Positions 34,289 to 42,462 of a stretch of 42,462 bases of DNA are shown here, piece after piece; position 1 is the first letter of the stretch, and every line of letters begins with the position of its first letter. The notes under the pieces are model-generated. The model was not told the DNA's origin and ran no database searches. It saw nothing but the letters and a program-made list of their open reading frames with translations. The stretch is from Escherichia phage 26. Position numbers and translations under genes: made by a program. The stretch is taken from sequence record NC_073320.1. One strand, given 5' to 3'.

Positions 34289-36828
34289 TCATCCACTACA
34301 CCCGCAACGAAGACGGGACGTTCTCACAAAAACGGCATAACGACTCGCCGCTGAATTTCGTCGTAAACCATATCCCTGACGGTGTGCCGTTTCGCGTTTT
34401 CCTCGAAGAGATAGGAGAGGATAGCGACGTAACAGAAGATTTTGACGCGTTAAAACAGGATGCTGTTTTCCACGTCCTGGAGGGCGCTGGCGGCGGTGCT
34501 ATCAAGGGTGTGATGAAAGTGTTCAGCATAATCCTTAAACCACTAGCTAAATTACTCACACCATCAACAAAAGGCGCGTCTAACAATCTCGCTAACCAGC
34601 AAGCAGACTCTCCGAACAACAGCCTGACAGACCGGAATAACAAGGCCCGCCCATACGAGCGAACTTATGACATCTGCGGCCGGGTGCAGACGATACCTAA
34701 TAACCTTATGACCACTTATAAGGTTTTCGATAATGCAGGCCGTATCATCGAGTACGGCTACTATGACGCCGGGCGTGGGTATCTCGACGTTAAAGCAGAA
34801 GACATCACGGACGGTGACACCAAAGTCCAGGAGATAACCGGAACTTCTGTCGCTGTGTATGCTCCGTACACATCACCCAATAACACAAGCTCACCGCAAC
34901 TTCTTGTCGGCGAACCTATCGACCAAAAGTTGTATATCACCATCGCATCTAATGAAGTAGACGGTGTGGTACTGAAAGCTCAAAACGGCATAAGAGTAAA
35001 CCCAAGCGATACCGGCGAGATATCGCTGCAAGGGACAACGGGTATTGTACGTGACGCAACCGGTGATTCCGCGTTTACAGAGATTTTGTCAGTTGGGGAC
35101 GTGGCGGTTTTCAATCTCATTCTGGTAAAAGATGTCGCTAACGTAAGCGGTAATTACACGGTCACTTACGTCGATGATTTCGAGGTTAGAGTCTCTGTAG
35201 GCGGTATGCTCGCCGAATGGCAGAAGCTACCGTCTGGTTTTACCCGGCTTACACAGGGCAATGAGGCGTGGATTTCACCCTCAAACACATACGATAAATC
35301 ATTAACCGACTGGACAACGCTTAACCGTCTGCCAGTAGAGCGCATCGTTGCAAATATTGCCGCCGCTAATGGCATGTATAAAGACAATGGCAGTAAACTA
35401 AGGGCCTCTGTCACCGTCGAGTTGCAGTATCAGTTACTTGATGACACAGGAACGCCTTACGGTCCTGTATACAGTAAACAAGGCACTATCTCCGGGCGCT
35501 CATCGGATTACACTGGCGTGACAATATATGCTGACCTGCCGTCGGCGTATAATGTTCGTGTACGGGCGCGAAGGGTGACAAACCTGGACCTTGCTTTCGA
35601 GGGTACCGTAGTTGATGAGGTTTCGTACATAAACCTGTACGGGCAAATACGCGACACCACACCTAACTACGGCAACAGAACCACCGTACATTCCGCACGT
35701 AAACAGACACCCAGGGCCGCAGAGGTTAAACAGCCACAATTGCGAATGGTGGTAACTGAGATGGTGCACAAGTACCTCGGTAACGGTGTTTTCGACTCCG
35801 TAAGAACACCAAACACGCAAGCGGTACAGTCGCTGATTCGTCTTGCACGTGACCCGGATGTTGGTGCGTTGAATCTGACAACGGCAAATATGGACAAACT
35901 GCTGGCGGTACAAAGCGAAATTGAGAGTTATTTCGGTAACGCATCAGCAGGAGAGTTTTGCTATACGTTTGACGATTACAAAACTACGATGCAGGACATA
36001 GTAACTACGATAGCGGAAGCGATTTTCTGCACTCCATATCGGAGAGGCGCCGACATTCTTCTTGACTTTGAACGCCCACGGATTGGCCCTGAGATGGTAT
36101 TCACCCACCGCAGCAAAACTACCGCTTCGGAAAAGTGGACGCGCACATTCAACGACGCTCAGGTATACGATAGTCTTAAGTTCTCCTACATCGACCCAGA
36201 TACTAACGTAAAAGAGACCATCAGCATTCCCGCCGAGGGCGGTGTTAACACAGAAACGTATGACTCTAAAGGTATCCGTAACTATCGACAGGCATACTGG
36301 GCCGCATACCGCCGATATCAGAAAAACCTGTTGAAAAAGGTCACGGTATCTTTCACGGCGACAGAAGAAGGGGTTTTTGCGATGCCAGGACGTGCCGTAA
36401 GTGTGGTGAAAGGTTCTCGCATGGCCCCTCAGGATGGCTATATAGTCGCCGTTAACGGCCTGACGCTTACGCTATCGCAACCAGTTACGTTTACCCCAGG
36501 GGATGACCACTCACTGATTCTCAAGAAGCGGGACGGAGGTGTTCAGAGTGTTACCGTTGTTCCGGGAAGTCATGACCGTGAAGTGATTATGTTATCCGCA
36601 CCGCAGGAAGCAATTTACACAGGTAATAGTGCACTAAAAACTGAGTTTTCATTCGGCAACGAAGCAAGGCATAATGCTCAGAAGATAGTTGTTTCTTCAA
36701 TCGACCCGGGCGACGACCGCACGGTCAAGATTACAGGCTACAACTATGACGACGGATTCTATAAATACGACGGCGTCGCACCTTTCGGTCGCGGTTTCTC
36801 CGACGGATTCAGCAATGGTTTTAGTTAA
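34279..36828 (+). CDS. tail tip / central fibre protein (J-like)
   Basis: 849 aa after minor tail proteins; TTG start after AGGAG. Confidence 0.6.
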   Translation: MAIVIHYTRNEDGTFSQKRHNDSPLNFVVNHIPDGVPFRVFLEEIGEDSDVTEDFDALKQDAVFHVLEGAGGGAIKGVMKVFSIILKPLAKLLTPSTKGASNNLANQQADSPNNSLTDRNNKARPYERTYDICGRVQTIPNNLMTTYKVFDNAGRIIEYGYYDAGRGYLDVKAEDITDGDTKVQEITGTSVAVYAPYTSPNNTSSPQLLVGEPIDQKLYITIASNEVDGVVLKAQNGIRVNPSDTGEISLQGTTGIVRDATGDSAFTEILSVGDVAVFNLILVKDVANVSGNYTVTYVDDFEVRVSVGGMLAEWQKLPSGFTRLTQGNEAWISPSNTYDKSLTDWTTLNRLPVERIVANIAAANGMYKDNGSKLRASVTVELQYQLLDDTGTPYGPVYSKQGTISGRSSDYTGVTIYADLPSAYNVRVRARRVTNLDLAFEGTVVDEVSYINLYGQIRDTTPNYGNRTTVHSARKQTPRAAEVKQPQLRMVVTEMVHKYLGNGVFDSVRTPNTQAVQSLIRLARDPDVGALNLTTANMDKLLAVQSEIESYFGNASAGEFCYTFDDYKTTMQDIVTTIAEAIFCTPYRRGADILLDFERPRIGPEMVFTHRSKTTASEKWTRTFNDAQVYDSLKFSYIDPDTNVKETISIPAEGGVNTETYDSKGIRNYRQAYWAAYRRYQKNLLKKVTVSFTATEEGVFAMPGRAVSVVKGSRMAPQDGYIVAVNGLTLTLSQPVTFTPGDDHSLILKKRDGGVQSVTVVPGSHDREVIMLSAPQEAIYTGNSALKTEFSFGNEARHNAQKIVVSSIDPGDDRTVKITGYNYDDGFYKYDGVAPFGRGFSDGFSNGFS

Positions 36829-36840
36829 AGAGGACTCTAT

Positions 36841-38817
36841 ATGTCAAGCGGATGTGGTGATGTTGTAAGTCTGGAGTCGATGCAAATCGCACGTAAACAC
36901 CAGATTTTCGAAATCGAGGTTATCACCGGTAAATCCGGCGGTGTTTCCGGTGGTGCGGATATTGATTACGCGACCAACGCAGTTACTGGCCAGACCCAAA
37001 AGACGCTCCCGGCCGTGTTGCGCGACGTTGGGTTTCTTCCTGCTGGCTTTGATTTTTCCACAGGTGGCACCTTATCTATAAATGATAGAAATAAATCAGT
37101 TTTGTGGCCTTCTTCCTCAGGCGGCGATGACCAGTACTACACATGGCAGGGGGTTCTACCTAAAGTTATTCCCGCTTCCAGTTCTCCTAGTGCATCAGGA
37201 GGAGTAGCACCAGGTGCTTGGGTTCAGGTATCGTATTTAGCGTTAAAAACCGATTTAGCCTCTGTTTTAGGGGCTTCCATGATAGGGCTGCCTGCTGGTG
37301 GCTCTCTTGATATGGCCTTAAAATACACGACGCCAGAGCAATTTCTTGCTTCAGCAACTGATATGACTGAAGCCATCCAGATGGCCTTTGATTACGGGGA
37401 CGTAGTAGACTTGTCAGGGTCGAACTATACAATAGCTCGCACGATAAATATTCCGGACGGTCGTGTGCTGCGCATGCAAGGCTCCAACATTACGGCGGCT
37501 ACGGGGGTCACACCCCTATTCTCTTTCTCAGGAAAGAACTTAGGTCTAACAATCATTGGCGGCAGTGGTGTAGTGACAGGGTCAGCTAGTGCCTTTTTGT
37601 ACTGCGAGGGCGCGAGCGACACCCCGGTAAACGCGGACTATGTTAAGCAAGTACGTATTTATGGGGTAAACGTATCTTCTGCTACGTTTGAACGGGCTAT
37701 ACTGTTCGACAAAGCGGTACGTCAAGTGTTTATAGATAGCTGCATGTTCTATACACGCAACGGCATTGAGTCTACTGGTAAATGCGTAGAAGTAATGATT
37801 AATAAATCCATTATTTATGGCGCTACCTCTGATACCGATACATTCGGCGTTAAATTGTCCAGCACGGGAGGTACAAACTTCTACAATGAAGGGTGGCGTC
37901 TAACCGACTGCACAGTTGATAACTTTGCTAATTCAATTGACCTAGCTGATGTGTTTGTATTTACATTCAAGAACGGATATGTGGCTTGTAATGCAACAAC
38001 AGCTTTTGCCGTTACTGTTCGCGGGGTTACCACAACAACGCATTGTCGAGAAATTAACTTTGATGGGGTTATTGGCGGTAAGGTGCGTTTCTTAGATAAT
38101 GCGTCCGGCTCATTGACCATGCATACTCTTATTACAGGAGAGATTACGAACTGTAAACCTGGAACGTGTATAGCTATCGGGGCAAACTTGGCAGGTATTG
38201 ATATCCGCAATATCAAAATCACTTCAAGTCCATCTTGCATACTGGCTTCTGTAGCTAACAACAGTGGTAATATCCATTTTGCAGGCGTTTCTACCGACAG
38301 CACCCTAACCGCGGGCATTATCTTCAACGGAACAAACGGCGGAAACTGTAGCATCTCTGATTTTATATACGCTGGCTCTGGCGAGGCTCTTTCTCTCGCG
38401 CGGGCGGTTCTGCTGTCCAATGTGCCGGTTGTTGGGGCGACGACACCAATTTGGTCTGTGCGTCACGGCTATCAATCTACAACAACGACGGTTACTACAG
38501 GTAATTATATTTCTAGCACTCAATTCACTGCTGCGAAAGGCTCTAAACTACTGTTTAATATTAACATGTCGTACACTGGGGCGGCCGGGTCTAACGGGCA
38601 GTCAATCGGGATAAATGTACCGGCGAATGTATCGCTGCCGAATGGTGCGAAAAGTATGACATTAATACTTCCTGCGGCATCCGGAACAGTTGGATTGACA
38701 CTAGTATGTACTGTTACTGATGATTTTATAAATAATTTATTCAGCGTGACAAATAACACAGGCAACACCTTATCAATACTACCCGGTGCGCACGTTTCAG
38801 TATCGCTATGTAATTAA
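36841..38817 (+). CDS. tailspike / receptor-binding depolymerase with beta-helix
   Basis: 658 aa; N-terminal anchor MSSGCGDVVSLESMQ..; Gly/Ser/Thr/Asn-rich repetitive region typical of right-handed beta-helix. Confidence 0.65.
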   Translation: MSSGCGDVVSLESMQIARKHQIFEIEVITGKSGGVSGGADIDYATNAVTGQTQKTLPAVLRDVGFLPAGFDFSTGGTLSINDRNKSVLWPSSSGGDDQYYTWQGVLPKVIPASSSPSASGGVAPGAWVQVSYLALKTDLASVLGASMIGLPAGGSLDMALKYTTPEQFLASATDMTEAIQMAFDYGDVVDLSGSNYTIARTINIPDGRVLRMQGSNITAATGVTPLFSFSGKNLGLTIIGGSGVVTGSASAFLYCEGASDTPVNADYVKQVRIYGVNVSSATFERAILFDKAVRQVFIDSCMFYTRNGIESTGKCVEVMINKSIIYGATSDTDTFGVKLSSTGGTNFYNEGWRLTDCTVDNFANSIDLADVFVFTFKNGYVACNATTAFAVTVRGVTTTTHCREINFDGVIGGKVRFLDNASGSLTMHTLITGEITNCKPGTCIAIGANLAGIDIRNIKITSSPSCILASVANNSGNIHFAGVSTDSTLTAGIIFNGTNGGNCSISDFIYAGSGEALSLARAVLLSNVPVVGATTPIWSVRHGYQSTTTTVTTGNYISSTQFTAAKGSKLLFNINMSYTGAAGSNGQSIGINVPANVSLPNGAKSMTLILPAASGTVGLTLVCTVTDDFINNLFSVTNNTGNTLSILPGAHVSVSLCN

Positions 38818-38847
38818 AACTAAGGCCCCAAACGGGGCCTTTTCTCT
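38818..38847. terminator. terminator AAGGCCCC-AAAC-GGGGCCTT at end of late arm (likely bidirectional)
   Basis: 8-bp GC stem then TTCTCT; between convergent tailspike (+) and HNH remnant (-). Confidence 0.65.
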
Positions 38848-38979
38848 ACTCTTCGGATAACTTCTCCAGTACAAACGCCAGTTGTGCATTAGCAGCGTCT
38901 CTCTGTTGCCGTAGGCGTATAACCTCCTCTTCGAGTTCCTTGATACGTTTTTGCAATGCGGGAATCGGGGCTATGATGT

Positions 38980-39465
38980 TCACGCGGTTTCTCCGTGTTT
39001 TTCATGAAATCCGTAAGCAGCCTCCGCAGCTTTACGTGCGGCAACAGCTTCGTCAAAATTATCAAACTGTCCTAGATGTATTTTTCTTCTGTCGACTTTT
39101 ATCTATGCCACCCATTTGTTTCTTCTCTTTTCCCGCCATACGCCAAGAGCGCCACTAGTATTGTTTACCCCTATTGATGCGTTGCGGCTATTTCCGGTGT
39201 TGGTAACTTTCCGTAGGTTGCATATTCGGTTATCAGTTCGAATATGATTGATGTGGTCTATCTGTTCCTGTGGCGTAAGTGGGTTATCTGGGTTGCAGAT
39301 ATTCCACGCTAACCGGTGCGCCAGTTATAATTTTCCGTTTACTCGGATACGAATGTACCCATCCCGTGGGCAAAAACATCCTGCTTTCTTTCCGATAAAA
39401 CCCATACGTTTTGTTTCTACCCATGTAAAAATACCGGTTTCTGGGTCGTAAGATATCTTGCTCAT
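38980..39465 (-). pseudogene. HNH-AP2 homing endonuclease gene disrupted by two in-frame stop codons
   Basis: frame from ATG 39465 reads MSKISYDPETGIFTW..GYIRIRVNGKL-TAA-LAHRLAWN..IDHINHIRTDNRICNLR..NKWVA-TAG-IKVDRRKIHLGQFDNFDEAVAARKAAEAAYGF..-TGA; no frameshift, stops at 39325-39327 and 39103-39105. Confidence 0.7.
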
Positions 39466-40886
39466 TTCTTACTCCTACGTTTCATATACTCAAGGAGGAT
39501 ATCCTGCACCTGTTTTTTCTCGTCTGTACGAGCGGCGACAACTTCATCAAGAGTATCTCGGGCTATTATTTTATAAATGAATACAGACCGTTTGTATCCG
39601 GATTGCATCTGCCTTACCGGGCCTATGCGCTCGATAACCTGCAAATAGTGTTCCAGGTTCCACCCCTGACTCATAAAGGCCATGTGATGCCCGCCGTGTT
39701 GTAGCGACAGCCCGTGACCTGCGGACGCTGGGTGTATCAGGAGCATAGGTATTTCACCACGGTTCCACGCTTCCATCTGCTTATTACCCTTAGCCCCTTT
39801 GGCGAACGCCTGTGCTTGCGGGAATCGCTTAAGGATACGCTCCAGTTCGTGCTTAAACTGATATGCCACCAGTAGCGGCGCGCCATGTAACTCCTCAACA
39901 ATGGACTCCAGCGCATCCAGTTTCGTGTCGTGCACTTTCTCCCAGTCTTTTGTTGCTTCGCCGTCTGGCCCTGACACATATACGGCACCAGATGCAATCT
40001 GCAAACACTTCGACGTCTTCGCTGCGGCGTTAGCGGCTTCAACTTCCCCGCTCTCCAGTTCCGCAAATAACTTCTCCTCCATATCTATGTACGCCTGACG
40101 CGCCTTCTTCGGAAGGTCTATTTCAACCGGCACAATAATCGGCGATTCACATCCGAACCACTCGGCGGCGTCAATCGTGAGACTAATGTCCTTCATCTTC
40201 TGGTGAATTTCATTATCCGCCCCCGGGCGGGCATGATACTCCCGTGCCATAGCCGATTTGCCTTTTTGCACCGAGTTAAACCAGCGGTCGGTGAACGCTG
40301 TGTACGAAGAACCGAGGCGCTCGCCTGCGTCGATAAACCAGTTCTGACCCCACAAGTCTTTTAGGCCGTTTGGCGATGGCGTACCAGTCAGGTTGATAAA
40401 ACGCTTAACCTTACCGAACGCAACCTTACTGAGCGCCTTCGCCCTCTTGCTGCCACCTGAACGACTACGGAACGATTTCAGCTTAGTGCTTTCATCCGCA
40501 ACAATAACCGTAAAAGGCCAGTCGTCTTTGCCGTAGTAGTCAATCAGCCACTCGATAACTTCGTAGTTCGTGCACACCACGTTGGCATCGGACTCCAGCG
40601 CCGCGATGCGGCGCTTCTCTGAACCGGTCGCATCTACAACACTCAGGCATGGGAATTGCCATTTCTCTTGTTCTGCGGGCCACGTACCAGACGCAACACG
40701 TAAAGGAGCCAGAATTAACACTCGGTCATCGTCATTAAGTTGCCCATTACGGAACAGTCTGTTGAGAACCCACAACGTTGACCCTGACTTACCACTGCCC
40801 ATCGAAGCCCATATGTTACATCGAGGGTGCCGCAACATGAACGAAGTCATGAGCTTCTGATATTCGCGCCTTTGAAACTTAGACAT
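39462..40886 (-). CDS. SNF2/DEAD-like superfamily 2 helicase
   Basis: Walker A MGSGKS, motif II IVADEST, motif VI QVIERIGPVRQ. Confidence 0.8.
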   Translation of the reverse strand: MSKFQRREYQKLMTSFMLRHPRCNIWASMGSGKSGSTLWVLNRLFRNGQLNDDDRVLILAPLRVASGTWPAEQEKWQFPCLSVVDATGSEKRRIAALESDANVVCTNYEVIEWLIDYYGKDDWPFTVIVADESTKLKSFRSRSGGSKRAKALSKVAFGKVKRFINLTGTPSPNGLKDLWGQNWFIDAGERLGSSYTAFTDRWFNSVQKGKSAMAREYHARPGADNEIHQKMKDISLTIDAAEWFGCESPIIVPVEIDLPKKARQAYIDMEEKLFAELESGEVEAANAAAKTSKCLQIASGAVYVSGPDGEATKDWEKVHDTKLDALESIVEELHGAPLLVAYQFKHELERILKRFPQAQAFAKGAKGNKQMEAWNRGEIPMLLIHPASAGHGLSLQHGGHHMAFMSQGWNLEHYLQVIERIGPVRQMQSGYKRSVFIYKIIARDTLDEVVAARTDEKKQVQDILLEYMKRRSKK

Positions 40887-41562
40887 GATTAGCCTCGTAA
40901 ACTGCTTTTGCGAAACCCCGCGGAGTAAGGCTGCGTATTGTTTTTGTCCCCACCGATTTACCGCCTAATTTATTGTGTTGGTCAGAGTAACCGCCAACCA
41001 CGGCGACACATGATTTAACAGGCATCACAAAACCGTTACCCGCCCAAATACATGTCTTCTTAGGGTACGCGTCCCGCGGTTTTATGTATTCGGGGAACAT
41101 TGGGTGCGTGTCGTCTTCGGGTAAATAGCCGCCGTATTCGTATGGATTGAACGCGTAGTCAGGCTTACGCCATAAAGACGAAAGAACGCTAACAGGGTTC
41201 TCAATCATATAAGGTACGTTGTACTTTTTAGCCAGACGCGCCGCCACTTTGCATGTAATTACGGCCTCTACCTGAAACGTGGGGTTCTTCTTCCGCTTCG
41301 TTTCAAAATGCGCCGCGCCGCTAACGGCTAAATCTGTGCACGGAGGGAACGCAAAAATAATATCCGGCGCAACCCCGAAGTCGAATTTATTGTCAATCCA
41401 AGCGTTTATATAGTGGATGTTTTCGTGTTCAACTTTTGCACCCAATCGTGCGTAGTCTCCGTGGTCGGCGCCATCGTAGTTGAAACAATAGCAAGTATGG
41501 CCTGCTTCCGCCCACGGTTGGGCCATAAGGCCCGAACCGTCAAACAATGACCAGACAATCAT
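40879..41562 (-). CDS. C5-cytosine DNA methyltransferase-like protein (short, no obvious target-recognition domain)
   Basis: motif I-like LFDGSG, motif IV-like FPPCT, motif VI-like ENP; 227 aa. Confidence 0.5.
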   Translation of the reverse strand: MIVWSLFDGSGLMAQPWAEAGHTCYCFNYDGADHGDYARLGAKVEHENIHYINAWIDNKFDFGVAPDIIFAFPPCTDLAVSGAAHFETKRKKNPTFQVEAVITCKVAARLAKKYNVPYMIENPVSVLSSLWRKPDYAFNPYEYGGYLPEDDTHPMFPEYIKPRDAYPKKTCIWAGNGFVMPVKSCVAVVGGYSDQHNKLGGKSVGTKTIRSLTPRGFAKAVYEANHV

Positions 41563-41750
41563 TTCAGCACCAGAACTAACTCTTTACGCCCGAACGCCGT
41601 AACGTTACCGGTTACATCTTCGATAACCAGTTTACCGTTCGACTCGACGTACACCGTATCAACGGCAACAGGACTACGGGTCTTAACGTTGAAAATCATG
41701 TCGCCTGGTACGATGTCACGTGCGGGTTTGCGGTCATATTCGTGTTTCAT
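41559..41750 (-). CDS. hypothetical protein, 63 aa
   Basis: ATGA overlap with methyltransferase-like gene. Confidence 0.5.
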   Translation of the reverse strand: MKHEYDRKPARDIVPGDMIFNVKTRSPVAVDTVYVESNGKLVIEDVTGNVTAFGRKELVLVLK

Positions 41751-41780
41751 TTCTCAATTCCTTATATTGTTGGTGTAAGG

Positions 41781-42068
41781 CTAACTATAATAGTTCGCTA
41801 TTAGGTCGTCAACCTGTTTAAACGAACCGACGACAAAAACATTCGCACCACGTTTCCGGAATCTCTCATGTTCCCGTAGCTGGTGCGGGTCTGGCTTCGT
41901 GTTTTCGTCTTTCTTTATCTCAACGAACCAGATGATGCCGCCGGGGAGAATTACCAGGAGGTCCATGGCGGCTCGCCGACCTTCAAATGCCATCTTGCGA
42001 ACGAGGCCACCAATGGCCTCGAATCGGTATTTTGCGTATTTCTGGATTCGCCCTTCAGGCGTACTCAT
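41781..42068 (-). CDS. VRR-NUC domain nuclease
   Basis: DLLVILPGGIIWFVEIKKDENTKPDPHQLREHERF; start ATG 42068 (track ORF begins at 42077). Confidence 0.65.
   Translation of the reverse strand: MSTPEGRIQKYAKYRFEAIGGLVRKMAFEGRRAAMDLLVILPGGIIWFVEIKKDENTKPDPHQLREHERFRKRGANVFVVGSFKQVDDLIANYYS
41784..41812 (-). promoter_or_regulatory. sigma70-type promoter P1 (TTGACG-17-TATAGT) with dyad, embedded in the 3' coding end of the VRR-NUC gene
   Basis: minus-strand TTGACGacctAATAGcgaaCTATTATAGT-TAG; the TAG is the VRR-NUC stop. Confidence 0.45.
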
Positions 42069-42154
42069 AATACGCACCCCTCACGTTTCGTATGCTCAAT
42101 CCCGCAGCGTGGACAGATTCGACAGTCTTCTTCGTATAGCCAGTAAATTTTCAT
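42065..42154 (-). CDS. possible 29-aa Cys-rich peptide
   Basis: MKIYWLYEEDCRICPRCG..; ATGA overlaps at both ends; very short. Confidence 0.2.
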   Translation of the reverse strand: MKIYWLYEEDCRICPRCGIEHTKREGCVL

Positions 42155-42282
42155 TCCAGCACCCACAGATAAATTGCGATGAACATACCTAATACGGCGA
42201 CAATCATGCCGTATTGGCCTTCGTGACAGTAGACCCCAGCGGCGAATCCCGCCAGTACCGCGATAATCAGTTTACTTAGCAT
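42151..42282 (-). CDS. possible 43-aa membrane peptide
   Basis: MLSKLIIAVLAGFAAGVYC..MIVAVLGMFIAIYLWVLE, two hydrophobic segments; start overlaps polymerase end. Confidence 0.3.
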   Translation of the reverse strand: MLSKLIIAVLAGFAAGVYCHEGQYGMIVAVLGMFIAIYLWVLE

Positions 42283-42462
42283 AACGCTTCATCTCCGCAC
42301 CTTCCGCTACAAGAGGGAAACCCTCAGCCCATTCCGGCAGCGAGCACATTAATTTTTCCAGTTCGCCCACCGTGTACTCTGTGGTATCCGGAGTTTCACA
42401 TACCAATTCATCGTGTACCGAAAGCACGATGGGATACCCGCCACCCTCAACATTAATCATCG
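42272..42462 (-). CDS. DNA polymerase, family A, C-terminal 63 codons (continuation of 1..2011 across the window junction)
   Basis: contains motif C LSVHDELV; stop TAA 42274-42272; frame contiguous with position 1. Confidence 0.85.
   Translation of the reverse strand, partial: MINVEGGGYPIVLSVHDELVCETPDTTEYTVGELEKLMCSLPEWAEGFPLVAEGAEMKRYAK

Overview
The window appears to be an essentially complete, circularly permuted ~42.5-kb genome of a virulent siphovirus-type phage of enterobacteria. Gene content and size resemble Jersey-like (Guernseyvirinae-type) phages, but that taxonomic call is inference from memory, not a database result. The family-A DNA polymerase ORF runs off position 1 and continues in-frame at 42462, so the two window ends are contiguous. 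Layout: a minus-strand early/replication arm (8793 down to 1, then 42462 down to 38980) with two small HTH regulators, primase-helicase, Cas4-like nuclease, SSB-like protein, PolA, VRR-NUC nuclease, a short C5-methyltransferase-like protein, SNF2 helicase and a decayed HNH-AP2 endonuclease; and a plus-strand arm (9290 to 38817) with small early proteins, holin/endolysin, terminase, portal, head genes, spanins, scaffold, major capsid, tail tube, chaperone with -1 frameshift, tape measure, tail tip and a beta-helix tailspike. The most unusual content is two reverse-oriented morons inside the late arm, both preceded by the same 23-bp promoter-like element: (i) a truncated beta-sliding-clamp (DnaN) homolog between portal and head-morphogenesis genes, and (ii) a 3-gene cassette (Imm-like membrane protein, HTH-metallophosphoesterase, small protein) between tail tube and tail chaperone. 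A dyad AATAG-N4-CTATT recurs at 9 promoter-proximal sites. No tRNA, CRISPR array or integrase was found. All motif matches are by eye from memory of the families; features located by hand (promoters, terminators, sub-60-aa ORFs) may be off by a few bases.
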